64,000 nt of DNA from an uncultured delta proteobacterium (GTDB taxonomy: Bacteria; Myxococcota_A; UBA9160; SZUA-336), in contig CAVPRM010000002.1 of assembly GCA_963707945.1 (NCBI GenBank), forward strand, positions 17,819-81,818. Reading direction: 5' to 3'. Of this stretch, positions 1 to 11,725 are shown piece after piece. The position numbers and the translations under genes are program-made. The notes below the pieces were generated by a model. That model was not told where the DNA came from. It was given only the letters and a program-made list of their open reading frames with translations, and searched no databases. Within the stretch, counting starts at the first letter, position 1, and every line of letters starts with the position of its first letter.

Positions 1-1293
1 GTGCTGGTGGGCATATGCGGGCTTGCGCTCATCGCGTTCTCGGCGACCACGTTCTCGGAAGACACACCGTTTCCTGGCGTGGCGGCGTTGGTGCCGTCGC
101 TCGGTGCCGTGCTGGTCATCTGGCAGGGGCAGCAGGTCGGCATGCAGCGGCTGATTGGAAACCGGCCGACGGCATGGTTTGGGCGCATCTCCTATTCGAC
201 CTACTTGATCCATTGGCCGATCATCGTGTTCTGGTGCTACCTGTCCATCGAGCCGCTCTCACTCGTAGACAAGGTGATACTGTTCCTGCTGAGCGTCGCC
301 GGAGGACAGCTCCTGCACTCTCTGGTCGAGCAGCGTTTTCGGCACGAGCGTGGCGAGGAGCCGCAGCGCACCCCCAGGTTTCTCGTCGGTATCGCCGGTG
401 TCGTGGCGGGGGTCGGCGTTCTCTGTTTCGCGGTGGTAGCCACCGACGGATTGCCGCGCCGTCTGGCGCTCGTCCCCGAAGTAGCGCGCTACAGAAGCGA
501 GAGCCAGTTCCCGTTTCTCCGTGACTATGGAGACGGGATACTGCACCTCGGATCGCGAGGATCAGCCCGAGTTTTGGTCTTCGGCGATTCAATGATGCAG
601 AACTATATTCCTGCGCTTCTGCAGATAGACGGCATACGGCAGGCCGAGATCGACATCGTGTCTCGTGGTGGGTGTGTGCTGGCGAAGAGCGCTGTCCTCG
701 TCCAATTCGGTTCTACGGATCAGTATTGCCGCGAGCTGCGGGATCACCTCTATCAGATGACCGGTCCGTACGACATGGTCATTTGGGGACAGAATTGGAT
801 GAGCTATGGCGACTCCCTGCATTGGGAGAACGAACGCGGGAAACGGACACGCGCATTCACCGGGTCCGCAGAGATTGGCGGCTGGCGCATCGGCATCGAG
901 CGGACGCTGGAGCATTTCGCGCCCCGCGCCAGGACGATCGTCGTGATCGGTCCGCCCGTCACCGTGGAGAACGTCAATCCGATTCTGTCGCGCATCGGAC
1001 CACTGACCGACATTTCTAGGATACCTGTGCAGTTTGCGTCGATGCGGGAGGTGTCCACCAGCCAGCGCGAGGCGCTCGACAGCGGCATCCGCGGTCTCGT
1101 CGCCAACAGGGCGAACACTCTGTACATCGATCCGCGCTCGGTTGTCTGCGGCGACGGTGAGCAATGTGAGCTGTGGGGCGGTGAGTTCAGCTACTACATG
1201 GACAGTCTGCACAACACCGCCGCGGCAACGCCCATGCTGCGCGCGGGGCTCGAGCGCGCGGGGCTCGGGATGCGGCGGGGCACCACCGACTGA
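1..1293 (+). CDS. OafA-like O-acyltransferase (Acyl_transf_3 + SGNH domain), 5'-truncated by window edge
   Basis: TM segments with FPGVAALVP and GRISYSTYLIHWP motifs; C-terminal SGNH motifs FGDS and DSLH. Confidence 0.88.
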   Translation: MLVGICGLALIAFSATTFSEDTPFPGVAALVPSLGAVLVIWQGQQVGMQRLIGNRPTAWFGRISYSTYLIHWPIIVFWCYLSIEPLSLVDKVILFLLSVAGGQLLHSLVEQRFRHERGEEPQRTPRFLVGIAGVVAGVGVLCFAVVATDGLPRRLALVPEVARYRSESQFPFLRDYGDGILHLGSRGSARVLVFGDSMMQNYIPALLQIDGIRQAEIDIVSRGGCVLAKSAVLVQFGSTDQYCRELRDHLYQMTGPYDMVIWGQNWMSYGDSLHWENERGKRTRAFTGSAEIGGWRIGIERTLEHFAPRARTIVVIGPPVTVENVNPILSRIGPLTDISRIPVQFASMREVSTSQREALDSGIRGLVANRANTLYIDPRSVVCGDGEQCELWGGEFSYYMDSLHNTAAATPMLRAGLERAGLGMRRGTTD

Positions 1294-1364
1294 TGCTGGA
1301 TTTTGCGGCGGCGCCACGTTCGAGGAAACGGGGCAGGTCGACATCATCCGCGGATGAGTCTCGT

Positions 1365-1583
1365 CTCCAGCTGCACTTCACGCCGAGCGCGCCACATACC
1401 GCAGCACGCGTGAGCTCAAGCGCGCGATCCACGACTACCTCGAGCGCAACAACCGGGCGCCGAAGCCCTTCATCTGGACCAAGAGCGCCGAGCAGTTCCT
1501 CGACATCCTCGCGCGATGCTGCCAGCGAACCCTCTCGTCCATGCACCCGATGTACTCAACCGACCTTCAGGTTCGGAATACTA
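1365..1583 (+). mobile_element. IS630-family transposase relic (3' fragment, internally deleted)
   Basis: QLHFTP (from 1368), then in another frame from 1391 ATYRSTRELKRAIHDYLERNNRAPKPFIWTKSAEQFLDILARCCQRT, resembling IS630 C-termini; CTAG near 1580. Confidence 0.75.
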
Positions 1584-1713
1584 GGTGTCGTTTCTCAAAC
1601 GGTGTTCACTCGGGATTCTCTGAGAGAATTGGAAGGGACCAGACCAACAATTCCTTTGGCGAGATCCGCGGATCGGGCTTCACCGTAACGCACGGACGAC
1701 GCTTGGACCGCCA

Positions 1714-3219
1714 TCAAGGGGACCAGACGCCCAGCCGCGTCAGCAGCAATCGAAGAGCCGGTAGGTAGGCTCCGTCGACGGAGATCAGGCCGACGAGGGT
1801 TCGCACCGAGTAGGCGCTGCTCAAGACGGCCGCCAGAACGCCGATCCCCGTCGCCATGGACGGTGGAAAGATGCAGTAGCTCAAGAACACCAGTGCGATC
1901 GAAGAAACAAAGACGGAGCCAGTTCTCGTGTTCTCGCGAGACGGCGCAAATCCACTCAGCCGTCGAACCAGTAGACAAATCAGAATACCGTGAAGCAGAT
2001 ATGAACCAAAGAACGCGATGCCAGCGCCTGCCAGCCCGAAATGATTCACGCACAACCAAGTGAGTGAGACATTGCTTACCGTCCAGGCTAGATCCGATCC
2101 GAAGAACAGCACTTGCCTGTTCATTGCCACGATGATGAAGCCCATCGGCCAGATGATCACTCTCAACGCGACTCCAAGGCATATCCAACGCAACGGCTCT
2201 ACGGCCTCGCCGAACTTCGCGCTGTAAAAGAGCGAGATCACCAAGGGTGCGAATGCAAGGGTGGCGATCACTCCGGGACCCGCGAGCAGCAGGCTGATGT
2301 GCGTCTGTTCGTTCACCAAGCGGTTGCACTCGGAGTGGTCGTCGGCGACTGCGACCAAGCGAGGGTAGAAGTCTGTTCCCATCGCGTTGAGAATGAATCC
2401 GACATAGAGTCCGCCAAGGGTCCAAGCAGACTGGTACAAGCCCGCCGCCTCGAGCCCGGCATGTCGGACGACAATCAGCCGAGCAGCGTATGCGGCGCCC
2501 ATCGTCGAGAATCCACTCGCCATGAACGCGAAACCCAGCTTCAGCAGTGACGCCGCTTCCTGCCAGGCCTCGGAGCGCGTCAACTCGGCAGGCTGGACTC
2601 GTACCCGCCGAGCGAACCATGTCGCGGTTGCGAGGGCTACTGCGGCGCTGAGCAAGAGAGAGGGCGCCACTCCATCCGCGCCCAGCGCATACACCAAGCC
2701 TATGCTACCCGCGGTCCCGAATAGCGCTCCGACGACGCTCAATTTTGCAAGGTCTGAGATTCGCCGCAGCCCCTGCAGCGACGCGCCGCGAGCCCCTGCC
2801 ATGACTTGAAGTAACAGAGCGACCGACAGCAGTGCCACTGCACTGCCGTGGAGATCGTTGCCGAACGTCCACGCGGACACCTGCCTGCGAAGGGCGATCA
2901 ATGCGGCCGCCCCTGCGACTCCTAGTACCATCGCTGTTCGTTGCATCACTGCAAGCGTCCGCGCGATCCGGGCGCAGTCTCCTGATCCCGCAGCCGCCGC
3001 AATTTGCCGCACACCGCTACTGCTGACACCCATGCCCGCGATGTTCTGAGAAAGGTCGAGTATTGACCCGTACAGGCTGACCAACCCGAACCCCGCTGGC
3101 CCCAACAGCACGGCGATCACCTTGGTGCGGACAATGCCGATCGCGATGTTTAGGCCGGATGCGGCCCCGATCACCGCCGACGACTTCAGAATGTTCCGGT
3201 AACTGCGGCTACCCGACAC
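1714..3219 (-). CDS. wzx: O-antigen/polysaccharide flippase
   Basis: 501 aa polytopic MOP-family protein; RTKVIAVLLGPAGFG, DFYPRL motifs. Confidence 0.88.
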   Translation of the reverse strand: MSGSRSYRNILKSSAVIGAASGLNIAIGIVRTKVIAVLLGPAGFGLVSLYGSILDLSQNIAGMGVSSSGVRQIAAAAGSGDCARIARTLAVMQRTAMVLGVAGAAALIALRRQVSAWTFGNDLHGSAVALLSVALLLQVMAGARGASLQGLRRISDLAKLSVVGALFGTAGSIGLVYALGADGVAPSLLLSAAVALATATWFARRVRVQPAELTRSEAWQEAASLLKLGFAFMASGFSTMGAAYAARLIVVRHAGLEAAGLYQSAWTLGGLYVGFILNAMGTDFYPRLVAVADDHSECNRLVNEQTHISLLLAGPGVIATLAFAPLVISLFYSAKFGEAVEPLRWICLGVALRVIIWPMGFIIVAMNRQVLFFGSDLAWTVSNVSLTWLCVNHFGLAGAGIAFFGSYLLHGILICLLVRRLSGFAPSRENTRTGSVFVSSIALVFLSYCIFPPSMATGIGVLAAVLSSAYSVRTLVGLISVDGAYLPALRLLLTRLGVWSP

Positions 3220-3354
3220 GTCTCGTGTCCCTACCTCGCAAACGATCCGTCTCGAAAGACGAGAACTCGGCGAAGACTGCTGCGTGGTGTCCCCCAGAGC
3301 TCGTGCCCAGCGGCGACGTCCCCGACGCGAATGCGCGGCGAGAGTCCTCGTCGG

Positions 3355-4347
3355 CTATTGGAATCTCGACGGCTCGGCCGCCCGACGACGGGCGGCCCGC
3401 CCATGCCGTGCCTGCTGCAAAAGCTCGGACCTGCCGAGAACTTCCTTGACCCGATGCCACGCCGCCCGAGCAACGTCGGCTGCGCGCTCTCGAGCGCCGC
3501 GACGGAACTCGGTTCGACTACGGAAGAGGTCGTAGAAGCGGGCGTTGTCGCGGTCTGCAGCGGGCTTCCACGGCTTCATGCTCGTCACGAAGTGAACGAT
3601 CGCAGGACGATCGCCGGGCGCGAAGCTCGAGAGCTTCACCTCCAGGTGACTCTGGAAGTTCCAATGCGGATCGAGAGATTTCCAGTACCCGTCGCAGGCG
3701 ACGTTCAGCGCGTCTTGGTCTGAAAAGGGTGATCTCGGGTTAGTAGACAAGTACGAGAGCGCTCGCTCGGATACTCGTTCGGTGCGCCAAGCGTTCAGGT
3801 CGATGAGCAACACGCCGGCGTTGAAGTAGTTCTGAACTCGAGGAACCCCATCCAGCCCGGGACTATGACTCTTGATCTGTGAGTCCAACGCGTCGACGAC
3901 TGCGCCGACTATGCGCCCCTCAAGATCCGCGTCACTCAGCATGCGGAGGCTGTTGAGTACCAAGATGTCGGCGTCCAAATAGAGAACTCGCGATACGCTC
4001 TGCGAAAATACCTGTGGAACCAGGATCCTCGCGAACGTCATGGGCGAGATATACGTCATGGTTCCGAAGTGCTGGAACGCAGAAAGGTCCACCTCTATCC
4101 AGCGAATCGAGATCGACTCATCCGGAAGAGATTTCACAACGTTGGCCCGCAGCTCTTCGGAGAACCCCTTCACCATGACGTGAACGTCTAGGGGCCACGC
4201 GTCCGCGTTTGAATCTGCCATGGATCTGAGGGCAGTGGCGAGCTGAGCCGCGTACCCGCCATCGCAAGCCAGAACCACAGGGCACAACGGCCGAATTGGA
4301 GGCGGCGCCAAAGGATTCCCCTCAATGACGGAGTTGACCAACCGCAT
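3355..4347 (-). CDS. Glycosyltransferase family 8
   Basis: RVLYLDAD, YFNAGVLLIDL, DQDALN, IVHF..KPW motifs. Confidence 0.92.
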   Translation of the reverse strand: MRLVNSVIEGNPLAPPPIRPLCPVVLACDGGYAAQLATALRSMADSNADAWPLDVHVMVKGFSEELRANVVKSLPDESISIRWIEVDLSAFQHFGTMTYISPMTFARILVPQVFSQSVSRVLYLDADILVLNSLRMLSDADLEGRIVGAVVDALDSQIKSHSPGLDGVPRVQNYFNAGVLLIDLNAWRTERVSERALSYLSTNPRSPFSDQDALNVACDGYWKSLDPHWNFQSHLEVKLSSFAPGDRPAIVHFVTSMKPWKPAADRDNARFYDLFRSRTEFRRGARERAADVARAAWHRVKEVLGRSELLQQARHGRAARRRAAEPSRFQ

Positions 4348-4468
4348 CTTCTCGCTTTCTCGAAGGGCCCGCCCACGTGCGGGCTAAGCCTCGACAGACC
4401 GGTCCGTCAGCCACGCCGTCCGCCGAACGGCGGAAGCGGCGCCTCACGATCCTCTCGTGGCGCTGATT

Positions 4469-6196
4469 TCACCGGTACTCCTCGTACGCGCTGCGAGGCT
4501 CGTCGACGAGCTTCAACCAGCGAGCAGCCCGTCGACTGAGACGACTTAGGATCGCCCCTCGAAACAGGGAGGCCGTCTTCCCGAACACATAGAGATCCCA
4601 TGGGGCTGGGATCCGAGGCAATATGTAGTGGCACAGCGCCTTGAGCAGTGGAATTGGGATCGATCGACCAGCGCGCGTGTGTTTCGCCGTATGACAGGCT
4701 TGGAGCACACCGGTGCTCAACTTTGGCTTGAGCCGCTGCGCGTAGGCTTGGCTCAGCGAAGCCTCGAGGGCCTCCCCGTATCCCCAGCTCCACTTCGGCA
4801 AGTACCTAGACCAATACTCGTAGACAGCCCTTGGAGTCGAGATCATGGGCAAGGGAGAGTAGATGGCGTGCATCGTCGGCAGCGCCCGAGTTGCGGTCTC
4901 AAGATAACTTCGCCAGCCCAACCCTGTGTGGTGCCTTCGCACTTCTCTCTGGAGCGCTGCACCCAGTTCATTTCGCTCGGAGTCCTCTTGCGCCAATCGA
5001 ATCACCGAGTAGGCGTAGTCAGGTACGGACGTCGGGCGGGTCAACAGAGAATCGAGAGCTACTCCATCGGATCCGTATGGTGGCGGACACTCGGCGGGGC
5101 TGAGAACCGCCGGCAAACCACGCAAACCCGCCTCCAGCAGCGCAGTCGTAGTGCCGAACGGGAAGCCCTCGAGAAAGATGTCAGACGCTATGTGCAGCGC
5201 TGCAAGCTCATCTTGCGACACGCGCCCCAACGTTCGAATGCGATTGCCCGTAGATCTCCCGGCGTCTGCCCATCGACGGTCGCCTGCAAAACCAACGACA
5301 AGCAAGATCGCTCGAGGAACGTTTTCCAGGACGCTCTGGCAAGTCCTTACGAAGTCCAGGCCTTCTACGGCGACATACTTGAACCACGATCCAACGGTCA
5401 ATAGGACCACTGCATCGGAGGGAAGACCAAGACGATCACGCACTGTTCTAGCTTCAAGCGTTCTGCCGGACCCGTCCGACAATGGAATAGGCAAGGTGCA
5501 GAATCGTCGTGTGCCGCGATGCGAAGCTGCCCAGACACCCTCCAAGTCCGATCCGCGGCAGTTGAGAACTAGATCCGCGATCGAAGTGCCGACCCAGAAG
5601 GTGTGAGCGGCATGGTTGACGATCATGACGGGAGGGCCACCGGGAACCCCGAACGCGATGGAAGCGACGACTTCCGCGGGATTGACGTGAAGGGCCACCT
5701 GCGACGCGGTCTGATACGCCAACTCTCTCAGCCAAACAGCCTTGGCTATTGGAGACAAGTCCGCAGCAGCACAGTGGACTACTCCGCCTCGCGCAGAGAC
5801 TGCTTTGGCAAGGGGCTCTGGGATGGGTGTGCTTTGACTCAGCAATGCGACAGAGTGTCGCCGACCGCTTTCGTCACCCAGAATCCAGCGAGTGACCATC
5901 GCAGTATGGCCACCGGCCCGAAGTGCCTCGCTAAGAACGTGAAGGCAGGTGTCTTCGGGCTTGTCACAGCGAGAACCGTTGAATCGTGTCGGTAGCTTCT
6001 CGGCAACACGCAGAAGACTCGCCTCGAGTCTGGGACTGCACAGCGTGCGGTTCTGTCGGGACAAAACGCTCGCGGCGATGCCTGCGTAGCGCGTTGCAGA
6101 CTCTAGGTCACCCTGGCCATATGACTCAGCGGTCAGGTCGACGAGCCAATCAGCAACAGAGTCGGCGTAGTCCAGAGCCGCGTCTACGTCGCTCAT
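4469..6196 (-). CDS. Putative GT-B (GT4-like) glycosyltransferase
   Basis: GGHT; DIFLEGFPFGTTTALLEAGLRGLP C-terminal GT-B motif; 575 aa. Confidence 0.7.
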   Translation of the reverse strand: MSDVDAALDYADSVADWLVDLTAESYGQGDLESATRYAGIAASVLSRQNRTLCSPRLEASLLRVAEKLPTRFNGSRCDKPEDTCLHVLSEALRAGGHTAMVTRWILGDESGRRHSVALLSQSTPIPEPLAKAVSARGGVVHCAAADLSPIAKAVWLRELAYQTASQVALHVNPAEVVASIAFGVPGGPPVMIVNHAAHTFWVGTSIADLVLNCRGSDLEGVWAASHRGTRRFCTLPIPLSDGSGRTLEARTVRDRLGLPSDAVVLLTVGSWFKYVAVEGLDFVRTCQSVLENVPRAILLVVGFAGDRRWADAGRSTGNRIRTLGRVSQDELAALHIASDIFLEGFPFGTTTALLEAGLRGLPAVLSPAECPPPYGSDGVALDSLLTRPTSVPDYAYSVIRLAQEDSERNELGAALQREVRRHHTGLGWRSYLETATRALPTMHAIYSPLPMISTPRAVYEYWSRYLPKWSWGYGEALEASLSQAYAQRLKPKLSTGVLQACHTAKHTRAGRSIPIPLLKALCHYILPRIPAPWDLYVFGKTASLFRGAILSRLSRRAARWLKLVDEPRSAYEEYR

Positions 6197-6199
6197 CTC

Positions 6200-7366
6200 T
6201 CAGGTCGATCTCCCGCTCTGTTGTATGCAGGTGCGTCGCAAGCCTTCCGCCACATGCAGCTGCTCTTCTAGTGTGATTGCGGGAAAAAGGGGAAGTATCA
6301 CGCTCCGCTCCTGTGCCTCTTCCGAGACCGGCAGCGAGACTGGTCTGTGCGGGCAAGCGTATGCAGCCTCGCGATGGCTGCACATGATGCCGCGGCGCGT
6401 GGCGATGCCGTCGTCGAGCATCTGCTGCATGACCGCGCGCTGGTCGCAGCGGTCGGGCAGGCGCACGCAGAAGCTCTGCCAGTTGCTGCGCGCCCAGTCG
6501 GGCTCGTGCGGCAGCACGAGGCCGGGGATCGTCGCCGAGCAGCTCGCGGTAGCGCTCGGCCATCGCGCGGCGCGCCGGGACGATCTCGGGCAGGCGCTTC
6601 AGCTGCTCGCGGCCGACGGCGGCCTGGATGTCGGTCATGCGGTAGTTGTAGCCGACGATCGGGTACGCCTCGAAGATCACCTGGCTCGCGCCGTGGCGGA
6701 CCGTGTCGGGCACGCTCATGCCGTGCTGGCGCAGCAGCCGGAACTTGCGCGTCCCACTCGGCGTTGGCCGTCGTGATCATGCCGCCGTCGCCGGTGCTGA
6801 TCACCTTGCGCGGATGGAACGAGAAGCAGGCGACGTCGCCGTGCGGCCCGCCGATCCTCTCCCAGCGCCCGTCGCCACGAGGATCTCGCTGCCGATCGCG
6901 CAGGCGGCGTCCTCGATCACCGGCAGCGCCGCGCGCGCGCGCGACCGCGAGGATCGCCGCCAGGTCGCAGGGCATGCCCATCTGGTGCACGCACAGGATC
7001 GCGCGCGTGCGCGGCGTGATCGCGCGCCTCGATCAGCGTCGGGATCGATGTTGAAGGTGTCGGGCTCGATGTCGACGAACACCGGCGTCGCGCCGCAGTA
7101 GCGGACGGCGTTCGCGGTGGCGATGAAGGAATGGCTGACGGTGATGACCTCGTCGCCCGGGCCGACGCCGACCGCGAGCAGCGCCAGGTGCAGCGCCGTC
7201 GTGCAGTTCGACACCGCGCAGGCGTGCGGCGCGCCGACGAACGTCGGCGAACTCGCGCTCGAAGGCGGCCACCTCCGGGCCCTGGCGTGATCCAGCCGCA
7301 CAGGATGACGCGGCGCGCGGCCTCGGCCTCGCGCTCGCCCATCACCGGCTTGGTGATCGGGATCAT
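6200..7366 (-). CDS. DegT/DnrJ/EryC1/StrS sugar aminotransferase (several frameshifts)
   Basis: MIPITKP, NCTTALHLAL, EDAACAIGS, FSFHPRK, GYNYRMTDIQAA spread over several frames. Confidence 0.88.
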
Positions 7367-8348
7367 GCCGTCGCCCTGACCGCGCGCGGCCTGCCACCAG
7401 CGCACGAGCCGACGCGAGTCCCTCCTCGAGGCCGACCTGCGCCTCGGAAGCCGAGCATGCGCTCGGCCTTGCTCGTGTCGGCGAGGCGCCGCGACACCGG
7501 GTTCACCTTGCGCTCCGGCCCGTACTCGGGCGCGAGCTTCGAGCCCATCACGCGCAGCAGCGCCGCGGCGAGCTCGTTCAGGCTCGTCTCGACGCCGCTC
7601 GCCACGTTGAAGACCTCGTCGGTGACGTCGGACTGGAGCGCCAGGATGTTCGCGCGCGCGACGTCCTCGATGTAGACGAAGTCCATCGTCTGGTTGCCGT
7701 CGCCGAGGATGAGCGGCGGCTGTGCCGGCGGCGATGCGCTCCATCCAGCGGATCAGCACCTCGGTGTACTTGCCGTGGATGTCCATGCGCGGGCCGTAGA
7801 CGTTGAAGTAGCGCAGCGCGACGTAGGGCAGGCCGTACATGTCGTTGAACGAGCGCAGCAGGCCCTCGAGCATGATCTTGCTCGCGCCGTACCAGGTGCG
7901 GTTGTTGTAGGGGTGGTGGTCCTCGCGCGTCGGGAACGACGTCGGCCAGGCCGTAGATCGAGGCGCGACGACGCGGCCACGACCTTCTTCACGCCGCGCG
8001 GCCTGCGCCGCCTCGAGCACGTTGAAGCTGCCGTCGCACATCACCTCGAGCGCCTCGCGCGGCTCGGCCGCGCAGGCGGTGATGCGCAGCGTCGCCATGT
8101 GGATCACGGCGTCCATGCCCTGCGTGACCTTGTGCACCGTGGCGGCGATCGCGGATGTCGCCGCGCACGAGCGTCGACGCGCGGGTCGCTGCAGCGCGTC
8201 GCTCGACGTTGGCGAGCGTGCCGCGCTCGAGGTTGTCGAGGATGACGATGCGCTCGGGCCGGTGCTCGCGCAGCAGCAGGTCGATGGTGGTCGAGCCGAC
8301 CAGGCCGCAGCCGCCGGTGACGAGGATGCTTGCGCCGTCGATGTTCAT
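7363..8348 (-). CDS. NAD-dependent nucleotide-sugar epimerase/dehydratase (frameshifted)
   Basis: VTGGCGLVG, YGASK, LRYFNVYGPR, DFVYIEDVARAN across frames. Confidence 0.88.
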
Positions 8349-8367
8349 CTTCGCTCTTCTCCCTGGA

Positions 8368-9022
8368 TCAGATCGGCCGGGCGGGGTTGCCCGCGACCCG
8401 CGCTCCGGGCGGGACGTCGCGGATCACGTTGCTGCCCAGGCCGACCAGCGCCTGGTCGCCGATGCGCACGCCGTTCATGATGCTCGTGCCGCTGCCGACG
8501 TAGCAGTTCTGCCGATCGCCGTGCCGCCCGCGATCGTCACGTTGGACCCGACGAGGCTCCAGTCGCCGATCACGACGTCGTGGTGGATCACGGTGTTCGG
8601 CAGCACGCACACGTGGTCGCCGATCACCGCGTTGCTGGTCACGACGACGCCGGCCATGAGGAGCACGTTGCGCCCGAGCACCGCGAGCGGCGAGACCGAG
8701 CGCGCGCGGGTGAACGACGCGCGCGAAGCGCTCCGGCGTCGATGCCCAGCCCCTCGATCAGCTGCGGCGCGGTCCGGGTACGACGTCGGGCTCCCGGGCA
8801 CCGCGAGCACGCTCGCGTCGCGGCATGCGCGCGAAGCGCGTCGCGCGCCGAACACGGGGTGGCCGTGCGTCGACGCGTGCCCTGCTTCTCGGGCGTGTCG
8901 TCGACGAAGCCCGACGCAGCGTCCAGGCGTCGCCCAGGCAGTCGAGCGCCTCGAGCGCCGTTCCCGTTGCACGGAAAGATCAAGCAGCGGCCTGGCGGTC
9001 GCGCGACGGCGCGATCGCTCAT
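8368..9022 (-). CDS. NeuD/PglD-like sugar acetyltransferase (frameshifted)
   Basis: GFVDD N-domain, hexapeptide repeats, terminal VAGNPAR. Confidence 0.8.
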
Positions 9023-10137
9023 GCCACGCGCGCGGCGCAGCTCGCGCACCGCGCTCGCGCACCGTCTCGCTCTGCTGCGGGCGTGAGCTCCGGGAACATC
9101 GGCAGCGACAGCACCTCGGCGGCCGCGCGCTCCGCGTGCGGGAAGTCGCCGCGCTCGGTAGCCCAGGTCCGCGAACGCCGGCAGCAGGTGCACCGGGATC
9201 GGGTAGTGGATGCCGGTCTGGATGCCCGCGCGCCTGCAGCGCCTCCTGCCACGCCTGCCGCTTCGGCGTGCGGATCGCGTAGATGTGGTAGACGTGGCGG
9301 GCGTGGGGCAGCGCGGCCGGCGTCGCGACGCCGCTGCCCGTCGAGCAGCTGGTCGTAGCGCGCGGCGGCCGCGCGGCGCGCCTCGGTCCAGCTTCTCGAG
9401 ATGGCGCAGCTTCACGCGCAGCACCGCGCCCTGGATGCCCTCCAGCCGGTAGTTGTAGCCCTTGAGCACGTGCTGGTACTTCTTCTCCGCGCCCCAGTCG
9501 CGCAGCATGCGGATCGTCCGCGCGTAGTCGGCATTGTCGGTCGACGACCATGCCGCCTTCGCCGTAGGCGCCGAGGTTCTTGCCCGGGTAGAAGCTGAAG
9601 CAGCCCATGTCGCCGATGCTGCCCGCGCGCCGGCCCTTGTACTCGGCGCCGTGCGCCTGCGCCGCGTCCTCGATGACGAGCAGCCCGTGCTTGCGCGGCG
9701 ATCTCCAGGATCGGATCCATGTCGGCCGGCTGGCCGTAGCAGGTGCACCGGCAGGATCGCCTTGGTCCGCGGCGTGATCGCCGCCTCGACGCCGCGCCGG
9801 GTCCATGGTGAAGGTCTCGGGATCGATGTCGACGAAGACCGGCGTCGCGCCCGTGTAGTGGATCGCCGACACCGTCGCGACGAAGGTGAACGGAACCGTG
9901 ATCACCTCGTCGCCCGGGCCGACGCCGGCCGCGAGCAGCGCGAGGTGCAGCGCGCTCGTGCCGCGTGTTGACGCCGATGCCGTGCGTCGCGCCGCAGTAG
10001 GCGGCGAACTCCTCCTCGAACGCCGCGACCTCGCTGCCGAGCGTGAACTGGCAGGACTCCAGCACGCCCTGGATGGCCGCGTTCGACCTCGGCCTTGATG
10101 CTCGGTACTGCGCCTTGAGATCGACGAACGGAATCAC
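9019..10137 (-). CDS. DegT-family aminotransferase, WbpE-like (frameshifted)
   Basis: [40 protein letters not shown]. Confidence 0.88.
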
Positions 10138-11168
10138 GCTTCGTTCCTCTTGCGTCTGGATGTAGACGGTTTCGCCGCGGCCTCGCATCGAGCTCGTCGC
10201 CGCCTCGATCAGCTCGACGACGCGCAGGCCGAGCTCGCCGTCGGTCTGCGGGCGTCTTGCCGTTCTCGATGCAGTCGACGAAGTGCTCGCCCTCGACGCC
10301 GCAGCGCCTCGGTGCCGTCGAGCTTCGGCGCCCACATGTCGCCGGTGCGGTAGCCGACGCGCATCTCGTGGATCTGCTTCGGGTCGTCGGTGAAGCTGAC
10401 GCCCTTGTCGTAGACCTTGACCTTCTCGCTCGGCTCGAGGTCGTCGTAGGTGATCATCTTCTTGCTGCCGCCGATCAGGATCTGGCGCACCTTCACCGGC
10501 GCGAGCCAGCTCACGTTGATGTGCGCGATCGTGCCCGAGTCGTAGAACAGCGTGATGTAGGCGAGGTTCTCGGGCGTGCCCGGGAAGTGATTGATGCCGC
10601 TCGCCGACACCGCGACCGGGTGCTCGTCCGAGCAGGTAGTCGAGGATCGAGAAGTCGTGCACCGCCAGGTCGGAGATCACGCTGACGTCGCGCTGGAACA
10701 GCCCGAGGTTGACGCGGATCGAGTCGTAGTAGTAGATCCGGCCGAGGTCGCCGCTCGCGGATGATCTCGCCCATCTTGCGCACCGCGCCGGTGTAGATGA
10801 AGGTGTGATCGACGAGCAGCACGCGCTTGCGCCTCTCGGCCTCGTCGACGAGCTTGCGCGCCTGGAGCGAGCGTCTCGGTCATCGGCTTCTCGAGCCACA
10901 GGTGCTTGCCGGCCTTGAGCGCCGCCATGCCGAGCTCGAAGTGGGTGCTGACCGGCGTGGCGACGGCGATCGCGTCGATCGTCGGGTCCTCGAGCAGGTC
11001 CTGGAAGCGGGTCGTGCCGCGCACCGCCGGGTAGCGCTTCTGCACGATCTCGAGCTTCTTCGGGTCGAGGTCCGCGACCGCCGCGACCTGGGTGTTCTCG
11101 CCTTCGGCGAAGTTGCGGACCAGGTTCGGCCCCCAGTACCCGTAGCCGATGACACCGATCTTGATCAC
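10134..11168 (-). CDS. Gfo/Idh/MocA oxidoreductase, WbpB-like (frameshifted)
   Basis: [35 protein letters not shown]. Confidence 0.85.
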
Positions 11169-11675
11169 CGCTTCGCTCCAATCCTGCTCTTGGGTTCTGC
11201 CCCTCGCGTATCGCCCGTGACGCGCGCCGGCACGCCCGCGACGATGGCGAAGTCCGGAACGTCCTTGGTCACCACCGCGCCCGCGCCGACCAGCGCGCCC
11301 TCGCCGATCGTCGACGCCCGCCAGGATCGTGGCGTTGGAGCCGATCGATGCCCGGCGCTTGACCCGCGTCTCCACCAGCGTCCAGTCCGCCTCGGTCTGG
11401 AGGCTGCCGTCGCTGTTGGTCGCCCTGCGGGTAGACGGTCGTTGGTGAACATCACGCCGTGGCCGATGAACACCTCGTCCTCGATCGCGACGCCTTCGCA
11501 GATGAAGGTGTGCGAGGAGATCTTGCAGCGCGCGCCGACGGTTGCGTTCTTCTGGATCTCGACGAAGGTGCCGATGCTTCGTGTCGTCGCCGATCGTGCA
11601 GCCGTACAGATTCACCAGCGACGGGTGGTAGATCTGGACGTTCTTTCCGAGCCGCACGGAATCAGCGATCGGCAT
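11165..11675 (-). CDS. Hexapeptide N-acyltransferase, WbpD-like (frameshifted)
   Basis: [38 protein letters not shown]. Confidence 0.85.
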
Positions 11676-11725
11676 TGGGGTTCCTCGATCTCCGCGGGGG
11701 GCATCCCCCGGGCGCCGGGTCGCGC

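Noticed and set aside
6400-11600. Mass pseudogenisation of the sugar-biosynthesis operon
   Set aside because: Many 1-2 nt indels while motifs, codon bias and gene overlaps stay intact; the same pattern hits ispH, cysNC and glgX, so assembly or consensus error is more likely
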